NCBI GenBank assembly: GCA_036172245.1
Contig: JAYWIR010000055.1
Location: 62,001-126,000, forward strand
Source of the DNA: Raillietiella orientalis
Lineage: Eukaryota
DNA length: 64,000 nucleotides
Reading direction: 5' to 3'
A program made the position numbers and the translations under genes. The notes beneath the pieces are model-generated. The model saw nothing but the letters and a program-made list of their open reading frames with translations. It did no database searches and was not told the origin of the DNA. Positions 1-14,588 of this stretch are shown here, piece after piece (position 1 is the stretch's first letter; each line of letters opens with the position of its first letter).

Positions 1-1514
1 AGCGTGGACGGCTGTTGCTGCTTGCGTGTCAATCGGGATCGTCCTCACTCTTCGCGACGTGCTGCTTGCAAGGCGCGCCGTGAAACCATCGCGGTTTCAA
101 GGCGCCTCGGTTTCGACCCCAATCTGTCGCGTCCGCGTCAGGAGGGTGCATACGCGCGTACAACGGTGACCTCTTGACGCAAGACAAAGCGACTGGCGTT
201 CCAGGAGACTGTGCCTTTCTTTCGCAGACGGCTGCGGCGACACCGATCCTTTGCCCCGCAACGTTCGTGTCTGTCTTGCTGCCTTCCTCATCGCATCTTC
301 CCGCGAATCTGCCATGAGGAACGGAAGCGGTCCGCTCCTTGGCTCTCGTCCTCTAGCCCTCCATCACGAGAGGTTGGCCACTTGCCCCTTTTCAACACGG
401 GCTCTTAGCGACTCGGGAACAGCAGTCAGCGTGCGGGCATCGTCTCTTCCTCCTTGCACTGCTGCTCCCGCTTCGCAGGCAGAGGCGCCCATGCGGGAAG
501 CATCGCCAGTGCTTTCCGTTCTGCTGGACCCCAAACACGTGGAGCACCGTCGCGTTCCTCCGCATCCTGGGAAACGGAAAGCGCGGACGGAACGCGTCTC
601 CCGTTCCATGCGGTTGGCATCTCGCTCGTCTCTTCCTTCTTAGTCCTTGTCGTGTTCCCAGCACGGTTTCTATGCTTCTCCAGATCCGCCTTGGTTACAG
701 TCGCATCCGGGTGAGGGAGGAATGCGCAGGAAGCGGTTTCTTCGCATGCGTGGATTGGCCACTGCTGGTTCGCCCTCCTCCACGTCTCCTCTGAGGGCAC
801 GTCTTCTTTACACCACAACCCTGGTTTCCTTTCCCTGCCGCACCTTACGAGAGTCCGTCGCTCACCCCCCAGGATGGACGGGTGTTCTTCGTGTCGCAAA
901 CGGAAAACATCACGGAACGCACAATTCCTTGCGCGGGTGGCGAAGTAGCGTTTCGTGTTTTGAGAGGGAAAAAGTCTTTGTGGAACGTTGGCGAGGGCGC
1001 CGTGCCGCGAATCGCGTCTATCCTCGCAAGCGCCCGAAACTCCCTCAGCCGATTCCATGGAACCCGGGAATGCTGTCAGGGTCGTTGCGACGCCCCTTTC
1101 CCCGCTGCCGGTGCAAACCGCCCCACCACGCCCTCGTCGTTTGAAGAGGAACCGTGGCCAAGCAACGGACACTCCAGCGACCGAATTGCAGCGGATCGTC
1201 TGAGTGAGTGAAGAGTTTCTCGAATGTGAGGCTGCGCTCTTCCTTCGGTTGACGCCGTGCGGGCCCACCTCGCCGCCGGCCAGCTACCGTGGTGAGGAAT
1301 CGAAAGTTCGAGAATTCCGCGCGGAAGGCCGCGCACTTGGTATGCGGCTGACGACTTTCGGCTCGGAGACAACTGCGCTCGTCTCACTGGAACGAAATGA
1401 GCGCAGTTGTCGTGTTTTCGGGAGAGTCGCTGCAAAGGTTGGAATCTGCAAGTTGTTTTCGCGGTTTCTCTGCGTGCTGCACGACCCTCTTGCCGGTTGC
1501 TAATGGCCACCCTT
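1..1514. repeat. Direct repeat copy A (runs off the window start); appears identical to 19447-20960
   Basis: Sequence and ORF track match at offset 19446 up to 1514/20960. About 50 nt of partial similarity follows, then the copies diverge. Confidence 0.95.
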
Positions 1515-2099
1515 CAGCCGCCGCACGCGAGGTCCTAAGGAATCCAAAAATGTGTGAAGCGAATTAAAAATCTCGCACGTCCGGATAGTCAAAATGCCGC
1601 CGCATCGCATGGTCCTTCGAAATGTCTCTCTACACTTTGAAGTTTTCGTGTTCTTTCGCCATGACACCGTCTCCTGCGTCCTGTGTGAGGCGACTCCGAA
1701 ACCATCCGTGCTTCCTTTGCAGGTCTGAAAACGATTCCCAGGAGTCCCCAGGACTTCCAGATGCTCCAGGGAGTGGAGTGTTCCTGCAGCTGCTTTTGCA
1801 ACCCACTGCCATCCTATCAGCGCAGCTCAACAAGAACTCCGTTCCTGCTCCTCGTATAAGAAGTTGCCTTTTGGAGAAAGAATGTATCTTGATGTACTTC
1901 CTGCACAGAATGATTGTCTTTTGGTTATTACGGAAAATAATAAAAATACATTCTTGTGGTGGAACTGCTGGTTCTACCACGTGTTTGGAACCTGCCGAAG
2001 ACCGGCGCCCAGATCGGCGAGGTCCGCTGCGGTGGCGTGGGAGAGGGGAAAACAAAAACAAGAAAAAAAAAAACAAACAAAATACGGGTGGGGAAATTT

Positions 2100-5000
2100 T
2101 ACACGGGGATGGAGGATCACCGCACGCTGTTAAACGTCACCTGCATCTTGTCCAGGATGCTGGTCAGTTCCGTCCTTGTCTGCCCCAGGTGAAGTCAGCT
2201 CGAGGCGGTTTTCAGGAAGATCCGAGGCCAATGCATGACCTCTTCTTCCCGAGTTCCAGGCTGCCACGATTTCGCGGGCGTAGCAGAGAGCTTCTAGATA
2301 CGCGGCTGGCGGCAGTGCGGCACCACACGCGAAGAGGTGTCTGAAAAGTGTCCCAGAAGACGTCCGCTGGGATTTCTAGGATCATCGTGAGGCGATCCCA
2401 AAGGGGTGGGAGGGTGTCACAGTCCAACAGAAGGTGCGAGAGGGTCTCTTTCTCGCACCTGTCTCACTCTGATAGTCCATTCTCCCCCGTGCCCAATGGT
2501 GGAGGTGCTCTTTGCACGGGATTCCCCTATGCAAAACTAGCAACGCCAACTCCCGCCACTTGTGGAGAAGGGCATTACCGCTCCAGCACTCTGGAGACCA
2601 CTTCACCTGATCTGGAGGTATTCAGAGAGGCTTTCCTCAGTGTAGGAGTCATTTTGAAGGGACACTCGGGGTCGCAGCGTCAGTGACCTCCTGACTTGTC
2701 CTTACAAGTTTAATCTCTGCTATGCAGCACGTTACTTCACATATTGTTGAGATGGCTCTGTTCCTTGTTTCCCTTAGGGATGGCAGCACTGGGACAAGGA
2801 GGGTGAACGATGTCCACAGCAGTTGGCGTCATCGACTCTTCAAGTTATAGGGTAATTCTGGGGATTAGCCCGTAAGTTGAAAGGCTACTCGGGGAACGTT
2901 GGTTTGAGCGGAGAACATATGCACCGTGCCCACGAAACACCTGCACGGTTCGAAACACCCCTCTTGTTCCTAGCCGTTTGTCTCTAAAATGCAGATTTTA
3001 ACCCTCTTCCTCTTGGAGCAGTCGAGAAACATGAGGACTCGGTATCATCCATTGGTCACAAGGAAAAAGGCCGTCCTCCAACCCTCGGCTCCATGATTTA
3101 GAGATAGCGGAGCACAGGGATGCATCTTTGAAAGCATCGGCTGGCCAAATTCGTACCGAGGACGGCGCCTCGTTTCACCAGCTACAGAGAATAAGCAGGT
3201 TCATCTCTTAAACTCCTTCTCGCTTCTGTTGTAGCCTGCTGATGCCTCTTCTGTGCTTTCCATCACTCGCTCTCTCGGAAAGCGACGCTCTGTTGACCAT
3301 GGAGAGTCCTGAACTTAAGCAAGCAGCTGCACAGTGCCATTTTCTGCGGTCCTCACAACATCACGTCCGGAGCAGAGATCCCACTAGTTGCGTAGCGAGC
3401 AAGGCAAGAGGACACTCGGCCCGCATTATTTCTCACTTTCTCAAAAAAATGGGATGAACGACCGACCCGGCTGGGCAAGTTTTATTGCTCGCATCGCACT
3501 CGCACCTGTCTTGTGTCCACCTATGAAATTTCCCTGCCTTCTTTCTAGCCCAAGTTTTCGCCCCACAATCTTCCCGACATCCGGGAAGATATCTATGAAC
3601 GAGAAAACCTGATTTGAAGCCGTCGCCTCTTCGAACCTAGGCGCTTTCAGTCGATCCCGCAGCAGAGTACTTCCCAGCGTTCCACCGAAACTCTGAAGCC
3701 TTACAGGAAGCACCACTGGGAGTGTCTAACCGTATCTCATTCCGCAAACCTGGATGCGAAAGACCTGGAAAATGCTTCTCTTCTTTGATCCAAAGAATTC
3801 ACCCGCACTGGAAGCAGCTGCCTCATCAAACGGGTGTGGGGCAGTGGTGTCAATGAAAGCATCACTCCGTTTCAACACCTTAGCTGTCGCAACAGGTGAC
3901 CTTCTGCGTTCCTGTGCCGCCACTATCGCCGTCACTAGAGCTTCCTTCGGAAGGAGTGCTTCAGTGCAGGTAACCGCCGCGACTCTATTCTTTCTTCTCT
4001 GAGTTTCATTCCTTGGATTGACACCCGGTTACGCCGGGGTGTCTATTTATATGAAATAAACGTAGATGTCGGTGGCAGAATGTTTGGTCCTGCCACTTCA
4101 CAAATGTAACCATGGGAACCTGCCGAGAGCCAGCACGTACGCAGACCGGCGAAGTTCGCCTAGGCAGCGGAGGGAAAGGGGGAGCGACAAAAAAGAAAAG
4201 TGAAACCACAAATATATACAAAAAAATTGGGAGCGTTCTGCAAAGGATCGCCGGATGCTGGAGGGCGTCCTCTGCGTCCTTGCCAGGATGCCGGCAATTT
4301 GGCTTCCTCAGGATTCCCAGATGGGGCCATCTTGACGCTACCATCAAGAAGAGGAGCACCCAATAAATGGCGTCCCTGTCGCCCTGGCCTCCTCTCGCAT
4401 TGCTGCACGCAACCACGGTTCCGCCGTGGAGGTAGCAAGCAGAGGGCTGCTGGGGATGCGGCCGGCGTGGGGGAACGCGCCGCGCAGGAAGAAGCGTTTC
4501 GAAACTCCTCCGGGGTTGCCCTTGGGGATCTCCAGGCACTCGGCGAAGACGCCTTCTGCCGCAGAGGGCGTAGGGCAATGCAGTCCATGAGCAGGTGCGG
4601 AAGGGACTCTATCGCCGCAACTGCCGCAGTTGGGGCTCGCCTTCCCTCCCCTCCTGGGTCCAGTGGTGTCGGCGTTGCACAGGGGGCCCCCCATGCGACA
4701 TCAAGATCGCTTTCCCCTGCACTTGAGGGAGAGGGGAGCATTGCTTCGGAACGCTGGGGGTGACTGCACCTCCTCCGGAGGAATTTGTAGCAGCTCTCCC
4801 CAGCTTAGCAGTCTTTTGGGTGGGACAGTTGCGATCGCAGCGTCCGCCAGCTCTGAATTGCGTTTTCCTGGTGTTGATGGTACGCATTCCTTGGAAGATC
4901 TTTTGAGCCTGGTGTCACGGAAAGCTTACGGTCGTGGATTCTGCATCCGGGTTTCGAGTCCGTCCTCCAGCATCCGCGGGAAAACCCGAAGAATCCGCTC

Positions 5001-8000
5001 TTCGGTGTGGAGGCAGTGAGCGGTGTGCCGATTCGAGCCATGGTGGGCAGACGGCACTGATCGGATGTCAGGGCCCGCGCTGCGCTGTTCCCATTCCACT
5101 TCCGGTTTGGAAAAGCGTCGTGCGGAAGATCTCGACGTCACGTGATCGGTCCGAGTTGTCAAAGACTCTTTCGGAGGTCCCGTGGAGCGGGTCCACACGA
5201 GGCTTCCAGGTGTCCTCTTGAAAACGGAAGAGGATGAAATCTGTGATCTGAGCGTACCTGTTCTTGTCTGGCAGTCCTCTTGGGTCCACATCCGGAAGTC
5301 TCCTCAGTTCCTGAAGGCTCCGCGGCACAAGCTGCACAGGGGCAAATGCGTATGAGTCCAGATGAAAAAATCTTCTGCCGATCGTTGACCGCGCATCACC
5401 AGCAACAGCGAGGACGAGGGCGATCTGCTGGTGTGCGTAATCGCTCAGTGCCGGATCCTCAGGCTCGGCTCCGCCGCGGGCATCCCAGGCAGCAGGAGTC
5501 GCTGCCGACTCTTCCGAGTTGAAGCTCGCATCTCGTCGCAACCTTCACTGAGTCCCCAGGAAACCACTTGGGGCTTCCCTTGCCCTCCGGAAACGGGAGC
5601 GAGTAGGAGTTCGAGGAGTCTTCATCCGCTGCACGTCTTTCGACTTGACGGTTGGAGACGCCTGCAACAGTGTCATCGTGACTTCTGCTGTCTCGAACAG
5701 AGATCATTTTCTTTTTTCTTTCGGTCGCATCCTTATCAACAGGTGACTCAGAAGTCACCCGTGGAGACCGCGCAGATATTTTTTTCGCTCCTTTTTGGCA
5801 ACCAATCGCATCCATTTTCTGGTTTGCTCAAGTGCATGAGCTCTTACTCATACTAAAGTGAGACCATAGGAAGGGAATTGTCTTATGAAATGGTGATGGG
5901 GTCTCCCTTTGGGTCCATCACCCCTTGTCATGATTCTTTCTGAGTACAAATGTGACAGCAGCTCATAAGAACTGTTTTGAAGAATCAGTAGATGTTCCGG
6001 GTCTGCTTCGAATGGTTCAAACATGCTTACGAGGGACGTTGATTTTGAAAAAAAAAAAAAGGCAAACCACAAATGAGGGGGGGGGGGAAGGGTGTCCTCT
6101 CAAAAACGGGAAATGCCGAGAAAAATAGTTCATTCGGTATAACCGCCGGCGCGCAGGCCGGGTTCGAAAAGGTAGAGAGAGAACAGAGGGAAGGGGCAAA
6201 TAAATAAATAAAAAAAGGACGGAAGGGTAAGGACAGAAGTCTTGGTGAAGACGTTCCTTACTTTCTAGAATTGGATCTGGATGGTGGCGATCTCCCTGGC
6301 GATTTCTGGCAGATGAGACCACCTTGCTGCTGTCCTCCTGAGAGCTGCTGCTGCTATGTTGGTGGCCTTCCTTCTCCGCGAACCTGACTCCAGCACGTGG
6401 CGGGCTGTCGCTGAGGCGCAGATGCTACATCTCGTTACCATCACAGCGCCCAGCCTCAATCAAAGCGCTGTGCTGCGTGAGCGGTGTCGTCGCGGTGAAG
6501 CGCGACGCCGAGGGAGGCCAAAGCGACGGGGGGGCTGCCCTGCACGCTTTTTGCAGATAGCTTTGAGGTGGCCCCGCCAGGAAAGGGAGGAGCTCGCCGG
6601 CATTCTTCAACGGATGCAGAGGCCTCATCCGCCACGAAATGCAATCCCTTCCCTTCCCTTCAACTAATTTTGGTTTTTGCTTTGTTTTTTGTTGTCTGTT
6701 ATAGTTTTCATTTTCTTTTTTTTTTTTTTCATTCCCCTTCCCCTTCGTGGACGTCACAGACCTCTCCGCCCCCACGCCCCGTTTTTCTAGAAAGTAAGGA
6801 ACGTCTAAGGAAAGTAAGGAATAATTGGAATTGGTGGGTCATCGGCTCCATGGATTCCTGCAAGAGAATAAACGCTCCGGCGCACCCGGCTGTGAAATCA
6901 CAGCACCCTTCTTCAGACCGCCTCCATGGATGAAGCGTCGCTGCAAGTCCACAACGGGGGGTCCTGCGGCTGTCGGAGCGCCGGAGCGAGTCTGCGCCAC
7001 AAGTCCTACAGGGCACTCCAGTCCAACAGGAAATTCGGTAGCGATTCCATCGCCCCGCACCTCAGACAGCTTGGGGAGGCAACTCCCTCGGAAACCAGGT
7101 GTCTGCCCTGATGGCGCTGGGATCCCCAGTGCAGACATAGCAGGAAATCCTGTTTCCAGCATTCCAGGTGTCCATTCAAAGGGAAGGGACCACGAGTTCT
7201 TTGGGGAGCACACCAAGCAGGTCGCTCCACCGAAGGAGTCCCAACGCACGGAAACGGGGAGTGGCGGCTCCCACCAGCTCGCTCGTCCAGGAGTTTTTCC
7301 ATTCCTGTAATGTTGCAGGAGAACTCCTACCCCGTCGAGTGGCTGCCGTCGTTTCTTGGCCTGAGGGCAGACAGCGCTGCGGCAAGGAGTCTGACGGATA
7401 TCCGGAACTACTGCTTCCAATCCTGCAGGAGATTCCCCAGAAGTTTGCGCAGGAGATTGCAATGATCGCAGCTCCTCTGGGCGCACTTCCGAAGAAGTGA
7501 CTCCAGAGGCACCACGCGTTCGAGTTTATGGAGCGGAAGGACATCCCAGGGTGAACTACCTGTAATGAAAACAGAGACGCCTAAGGGATAGCGAAATCCG
7601 ATCCTTCGGCGTAGGTTGCAAGGCGGAAGCGAAGGAAGCCCTGCGCTCCGGATCTGGTGGTCAGTCTCAATTGCTGATGGCTTCCGTCGATCAATATGCT
7701 GACCTATGATGATGATGCGACAGTCTCCGTAGAAGCCATGGAGTCTTTTCTCGGTGGCTGTTCCAGAATGCAGGCAGGAATGCCCAAACGCCTGGGAGCG
7801 GCAGAGGATTCTACAGTGCCTGAGGCCCCGGAAGAGAATTTTCCGCGCGAGCCCGGAACAATCACCGGCCCTTGGTCTGCGGTGGATGTTTGGCGGAGGA
7901 ACCTCTTGCGGTGCACTGCGAGGGTAGGAGGAGCTCCTGTGAATTCGGAGCTGCTCGTGAGCGACTCGGAAGTGGTGGAAGGGAGCAAGGGGAGGGAGGG

Positions 8001-9500
8001 GGGAACGGCGCGGGATGCCATTCGACTTTCCTCTGGAAGTACTTGTCGAGAGAGGGCTGCAAGGCTGCTGTCGAGGAATGTCGGACACCCGCTGACCAAG
8101 GAATTCGATCCCTCATGACGAGTTCCAGAAAGGATTAGAAAGAAGAGACGCCGTGCCGTCTGTCACTGGCAGGCGTAGTCTAAGGAGTCGGCGGCGTCAA
8201 CGATGGTGCGAGGCGCGAACCTCGCACTCTCCCTTGCAGCTTGCTGTGGGATGCAGCTGCGAGTCCACTCCAGCCCGCTCCCACCTGCTGCAGACTGGTC
8301 TTCTGCAGCGGCAGAAGAGGTCGCAGAATTCCCGTGCCGCATCCTCCGAAGCCCCACCTGAAGAAGGTGTGGGCTGCGTAAAGTCCTCTGCAAGGAAGCA
8401 AGCATGGGCGTGCAGAAGGCTGGCCGAGCGGTGCGATGCTCCCGGGAAGCGCCAATGCCACCGAAGAAAACGAGGATCGAGCGAGAGCAGGAAGCCAGCT
8501 CCCTCGGCACCCGGCTTTCCCTGCTTCCCATTTCTCCAAAGGACAGGATCGGCCAGGAAGATCTCGTCCACGGCTGCATAAAAAAATAATGCGTTTTATT
8601 CATCTTCAAAAGCATGCGAAAGGAAATTGCTGGAGCAAAGGTCAGGCAAAACGTCGCATTGTGTGGTGGGATGGTAAGGAGATTCTCGCCGTCTTCCCGC
8701 ATTCCACGATAGTCGCCTCGGCTGCTCGCCTACAGCAGGTCATTGGCAGCGACCTATCCACCGTTCCCAGTGCATCCACTCTGCGACCACCGGATGCTGC
8801 TTTTCACCACCTCCTTCCTCAAGTGGTTCTGCTGGCCTCCGCGGGATCTCCAGCCACTTGAAGACCTCGCTTGTGGTTCAGCTGCATTCAGCACCGGGCA
8901 GGCACGTGTTACAGTGCGCGCTCCCTCCGGTTCCCGAAGGGAAGGAGCCAGCGACCCGCCCGCCTCCCGCCTTCTGGCTTCTGATGCTGTTCAGCCGCTC
9001 TTTTGCATCAGAAACTCGCTGCTCCCAGTGGTGCGACTCGCCCCTTCGCGCAGCAGCGGCCGCAACAGGCACGACAAGAGGGTGGAGTCGTCGGTCCCCG
9101 GGGAACAAAACCCTCAACCCTCAACCCTCAAGTTCTTCTTCCGTGCAAGCCCGCGAGCTCACCACGATGTTAAAGCCCGCGCCGCTGCCGCCCGTGTCGC
9201 GTGTCGCGCTCGCGTGCTGGAAAGTATTTTGGCCATTGTTCCGCAGGTGCGGTCGCGGTCACATCGAAAAAGGGTGGCTCGATGGTGCATCCCGGTGGTT
9301 CGTTTCTTAAATACTAAGAACTCTCTATGTTTTTTCTTCTTTCTTCTTTTTTCGAGTCAGATGCCACCCTGATTTCGCTTCGGAGATGCTTTACTTTTCG
9401 TGCTGGAGCAGAACAACCGGCTGCCGATGCAAGCAGGGTCCAGAAAGGACACAAAGACAAAAAGTTCCGCAAGGAGCGCCTCGTAGAGCGCACCTTTCAA
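2100..9500 (-). mobile_element. Patchwork of heavily decayed, probably non-LTR retrotransposon (R2/NeSL-like) fragments
   Basis: No coherent ORF. Scattered weak motifs: a C2H2-like CSLCRGAFRN near 5335-5305 and SATARHVLESG near 6415-6385. A/T-rich tracts separate the GC-rich blocks. Confidence 0.25.
6249..6806. repeat. Perfect 22-bp inverted repeat (arms 6249-6270 and 6785-6806)
   Basis: agacgttccttactttctagaa is the exact reverse complement of ttctagaaagtaaggaacgtct. Confidence 0.9.
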
Positions 9501-9749
9501 AAAAGAGAAGATTCCTGGAACATTCGCATACCCTTTTTCCAGGTCTGCATTAGGGGGGTGTAGTCTCTCTGGAGAGAAGTGGGTTGTCATGGGGTGAGCT
9601 GGTTGCTGAAGACACTTCTCTTTAAACTTTTCGCTCGTTAGTCATGGTTTCCAAATACATCAGCCTTTAGAAACCATCTGGTACGAGCATCTTCTGCACC
9701 ACTCCAGTATCCACGACATTCGCCTCGCCTTGCGGTTCCGAAAGAGAAC

Positions 9750-10750
9750 TGCACCGTGATTTCCAAGTCTTCCCGAGGACTCACTCCCGGGTACCAGTTC
9801 ACCGAGGGCTGTTGGAAAGGTATACGAGAAGCAGAGGAACCGATCCATCCTGACTCATGGGAACTCACCCTTCGCGAGAAGGAACGATACCTGCAACCAT
9901 GCCAAAACTGACCATCCCGCGCTGAGTCCAGAATGAAGAGCTCAAAGCAAAATACAAGGTCGAAATCTAGCTTCTCAGCTGAGGTGAGGAAGGACGGCAC
10001 TTTCTCTTCGTGAGTCATCAGCGGTCAGTCCCTGATCACGTGATGGTAATGGGGGTATCCGACCATCAGAGAAAAGACGACTCCGACGGCAGGTAACAAG
10101 CTGTCCCTTGAAACACTGAGCGCGTCACTGAGTGAAGATGCTGCTTCAACCCTGCTCCGACCAGCCTCCCACACGTCAAATTCATAAGAACCAACAAAAT
10201 TCTTTACGATATTTTCACGACGCTGATGCGAAACTGTTAACCAGAAGCTCATCATACTCCTTTCTTTCTTGCCAGGAAGCCCTAAAATACAGAAGGGTCA
10301 CTGGAAGACTTTTAGCAGTCGAGCCTTTCTTAGTGTATTCTGCATTAGTCCAACTTCACTGTCAAGAAACGAGCATCAGCATCAAAGTGATGCTGATGGT
10401 GGAGATCTTCAGTTGGTTCCATGGCAGTCAACACTCGATACGAAAGCAACGGCACCGCTCCGCAGAAATCGGCCGACCTAAATCCTCAACAGAGAAACCA
10501 CGAATCCACCCCACCAAAAACACCCATTCTCAATCCCTCCCCATCGAATTCCAAAAATCCACGCATTTCCAGCGTGATGCAAGGAGCTCCCATCCCCGTC
10601 AGAATACACGACTTCCAGAATGTGCTGCAGCCAATATCCTCAATGACGAAATGCCCAAATGCACAGTGGACATCATTTCCATCGAACCCACTGCACGGCT
10701 GAGAATTCTGACAGCTTTGAAAACAACTGAAGCCAAGGGAACGAGGTAGG
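9750..10750 (-). mobile_element. Decayed non-LTR retrotransposon reverse transcriptase remnant
   Basis: Frameshifted RT motifs occur in the expected order on the minus strand: AVG-DG (~10690), WKSCILTG..SRWK, GRPIS (~10470), KKG-D/ILGLPG (~10330-10270), VFQG-DSLLP (~10110), ADD (~10018), WYPGV (~9790). Confidence 0.55.
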
Positions 10751-11536
10751 GCGGAAAAAGTTGCCCGAAAGAAAAAAATTCACGTCTACAGCCTGATTCA
10801 ACCCGGATTTCAGGGAAGCAGGTCACACTGAGCCACAAACAGCAAAAGAACACAAAAAAGAGCGAAAACAATGGCCTCATAGCAAAATCCAAAAGGGACA
10901 GTCGATGGGTCCCTTCAATCAGTCATTCGATGCAGGAAGGACTTGCAGTGTAATAAACCGATTCTTTACATCTTCCACGGACATACCAGGAAGAGGCGGA
11001 AAGCGCAAACAGTGAGTGAAGATAAAACATCAGGGCTGAAAACCAGTCGATAAGATGTGCACGAAATTCCTTCACGAGAAACCACGGCAAAAGTAAATCA
11101 GAGAAACACAGCACCAACGCAAAGGACGCACGCCATTGACCCAACACCAAGACCACCTTGGGCGCCAACCAACCAACTACGGGCCCCAACCCACCAGCAG
11201 TACACGCGGCAGAGCACTCCCACAAGAACGAGCCACCCGAGCAGTCGAAAAGCAAACACCCACAAATGGGGAAAATACCTTACTTTCAGCAAAAGAACGG
11301 AAACCGAACACCCCAAACAACATCGGACGAAATAAACCCCTGCGGAAAACCACAATGCAAAAGACTAGATTTGATGCACACTCCTCTCTGAAAAACAGCA
11401 TAAATAGAAACGAAAAAGATATGCAAATAAAAACAACAACATAGAGACTTGCAAACCAATCAATTTCAAAAGACGACGCGGGACAATTGAAAAACACCCG
11501 AAAAACGAAAGTTCTTCACGATCCCAAAACAAGGGA

Positions 11537-12490
11537 TCAACGTTTCCGCGAAGCTCGGGGCGAACTATCCAGCAAGCGGTGGAAGAAACGCTTCTCCCGG
11601 ATACCCAGAGGACTATTCTTCTCGAAGCCGTTACCCCTGCAACGTTCACGAAGCTCCAGGGAACAGCCAGAAGCAGAGCAATCTGGAACAAACAACAGTA
11701 AACCAATAAACCGAACCAACAAATAGCAATACCTTCACACTTCCTTCCATCATGCTGACAACCGCTATCAGAAGATCGGGGACAACCCAATCGGCAATCA
11801 CCACCACAACCTCGGAACTTCTTACTCTTATGGCAACAGTGCGAACTGTGGGTACCATTCTTCTGTGAACAACAACAACAACAACAGCAACAGCAACATT
11901 CAGGGGCACCTGAAAGAAAACTGCAACAAAAAACCACCAACAAAAACCTCACCTGTACCAGTAGAACTTGCAATCTCCGTTGAAACAGCAGAAACCGACA
12001 CTTCAGAGACAACACTACTGCCGTGAGAACTCTTCGAAGTGGAACCTGAAAGCGAACTCAACAAAGTAGTAAGTGCTTTCGAAGATGAGGACATCAAAAC
12101 TGGCGTCCCTTCGGTCACGTTAGGGCGCTGAGAAGCCGTAGTCAATCCAACAGTAGAAGAAACAGAATCCTCCGGAATACTTGAACTCAAAGTGGCATCA
12201 GCTGGAGTAGACGAAGTCTTCACCGAATGAGACGGTAGCTTCGCCGAAACCGTAGTGCTACCATCAGAAGACACATCAAAGGTNNNNNNNNNNNNNNNNN
12301 NNNNNNNNNNNNNNNNNNNNNNNNNNNNNNNNNNNNNNNNNNNNNNNNNNNNNNNNNNNNNNNNNNNNNNNNNNNNNNNNNNGCGTTCGAGTCGGAGAAG
12401 CCGTCACCGTACGCGTCGGTCGCTTCGTCGGAACTTCCGTGCTCACCTCCACCGACGACTCAGGGGTTCGTCTTCCAGTCGTCGACGGAC

Positions 12491-12529
<39 letters not shown>

Positions 12530-12907
12530 ACACCGGCGACACGCTTCCCGGCGTAGGCACTTTCTCTCCTCCCGTGGTCGATGGTCCGGAAACCGGCTCA
12601 GTCGTCGACGAGGGCGTCGTTCCACTCGCCTTAGGGGACGACGAAACGCTCGCACTCTCCGTCTTGCTCTTCGTGGGTGTCGAAGGACCCGCTGCAGTGC
12701 TGCTGCCCCCGCCTCCGGGGACGTCGCGTTCGCAGAAACAGTGCTCGGTGCTCCCGTCGTAGGTTGCGCATCCTGGACCACTGCTCGTGCCCACACTTCC
12801 TGTTCGAGTCGGAGAAGCCATCACCGTACGCGTCGGTCGCTTCGTCGGAACTTCCGTGCTCACCTCCACCGACGACTCAGGGGTTCGTCTTCCAGTCGTC
12901 GACGGAC

Positions 12908-12946
<39 letters not shown>

Positions 12947-13325
12947 ACACCGGCGACACGCTTCCCGGCGTAGGCACTTTCTCTCCTCCCGTGGTCGATG
13001 GTCCGGAAACCGGCTCCGTCGTCGACGAGGGCGTCGTTCCACTCGCCTTAGGGGACGACGAAACGCTCACACTCTCCGTCTTGCTCTTCGTGGGTGTCGA
13101 AGGACCCGCTGCAGTGCTGCTGCTCCGCCACCTGGGGTATTGTCGCGTTCGCAGAAACAGTGCTCGGTGCTCCCGTCGTAGGCTGCGATCCTGACCACTG
13201 CTCGCCCACACTTCCCGGCGTTCGAGTCGGAGAAGCCGTCACCGTACGCGTCGGTCGCTTCGTCGGAACTTCCGTGCTCACCTCCACCGACGACTCAGGG
13301 GTTCGTCTTCCAGTCGTCGACGGAC

Positions 13326-13358
<33 letters not shown>

Positions 13359-13733
13359 ACACCGGCGACACGCTTCCCGGCGTAGGCACTTTCTCTCCTC
13401 CCGTGGTCGATGGTCCGGAAACCGGCTCCGTCGTCGACGAGGGCGTCGTTCCACTCGCCTTAGGACGACGAAACGCTCGCACACTCCGTCTTGCTCTTCG
13501 TGGGTGTCGAAGGACCCGCTGCAGTGCTGCTGCCCGCCTCCGGGGACGTCGCGTTCGCAGAAACAGTGCTCGGTGCTCCTGTCGTAGGCTGCGATCCTGA
13601 CCACCGTCGCCCACACTTCCCGGCGTTCGGAGTCGGAGAAGCCGTCACCGTACGCGTCGGTCGCTTCGTCGGAACTTCCGTGCTCACTTCCACTGACGAC
13701 TTCCAGGGGTTCGTCTTCCAGTCGTCGACGGAC

Positions 13734-13772
<39 letters not shown>

Positions 13773-14148
13773 ACACCGGCGACACGCTTCCCGGCGTAGG
13801 CACTTTCCCTCCTCCGGTCGATGGTCCGGAAACCGGCTCCGTCGTCGACGAGGGCGTCGTTCCACTCGCCTTAGGGGACGACGAAACGCTCGCACTCTCC
13901 GTCTTGCTCTTCGTGGGTGTCGAAGGACCCGCTGCAGCGCTGCTGCTCCGCCTCCGGGGACGTCGCGTTCGCAGAAACAGTGCTCGGTGCTCCCGTCGTA
14001 GGCTGCGATCCTGGACCACTGCTCGTGCCCACACTTCCCGGCGTTCGAGTCGGAGAAGCCGTCACCGTACGCGTCGGTCGCTTCGTCGGAACTTCCGTGC
14101 TCACCTCCACCGACGACTCAGGGGTTCGTCTTCCAGTCGTCGACGGAC

Positions 14149-14181
<33 letters not shown>

Positions 14182-14549
14182 ACACCGGCGACACGCTTCC
14201 CGGCGGTGGGCACTTTCTCTCCTCCCGTGGTCGATGGTCCGGAAACCGGCTCCGTCGTCGACGAGGGCGTCGTTCCACTCGCCTTAGGGGACGACGAAAC
14301 GCTCGCACTCTCCGTCTTGCTCTTCGCCGAAGGACCCGCTGCAGTGCTGCTGCCCGGCTCCGGGGACGTCGCGTTTCGCAGAAACAGTGCTCGGTGCTCC
14401 CGTCGTAGGCTGCGATCCTGACCACTGCTCGTGCCCACACTTCCCGGCGTCTGGAGAAGCCGTCACCGTACGCGTCGGTCGCTTCGTCGGAACTTCCGTG
14501 CTCACCTCCACCGACGACTCAGGGGTTCGTCTTCCAGTCGTCGACGGAC

Positions 14550-14588
<39 letters not shown>

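Noticed and set aside
426..1268. 280-aa ORF in the direct repeat (also 19872-20714)
   Set aside because: No recognisable motif or coding pattern; an ORF this long is expected by chance at this GC content.
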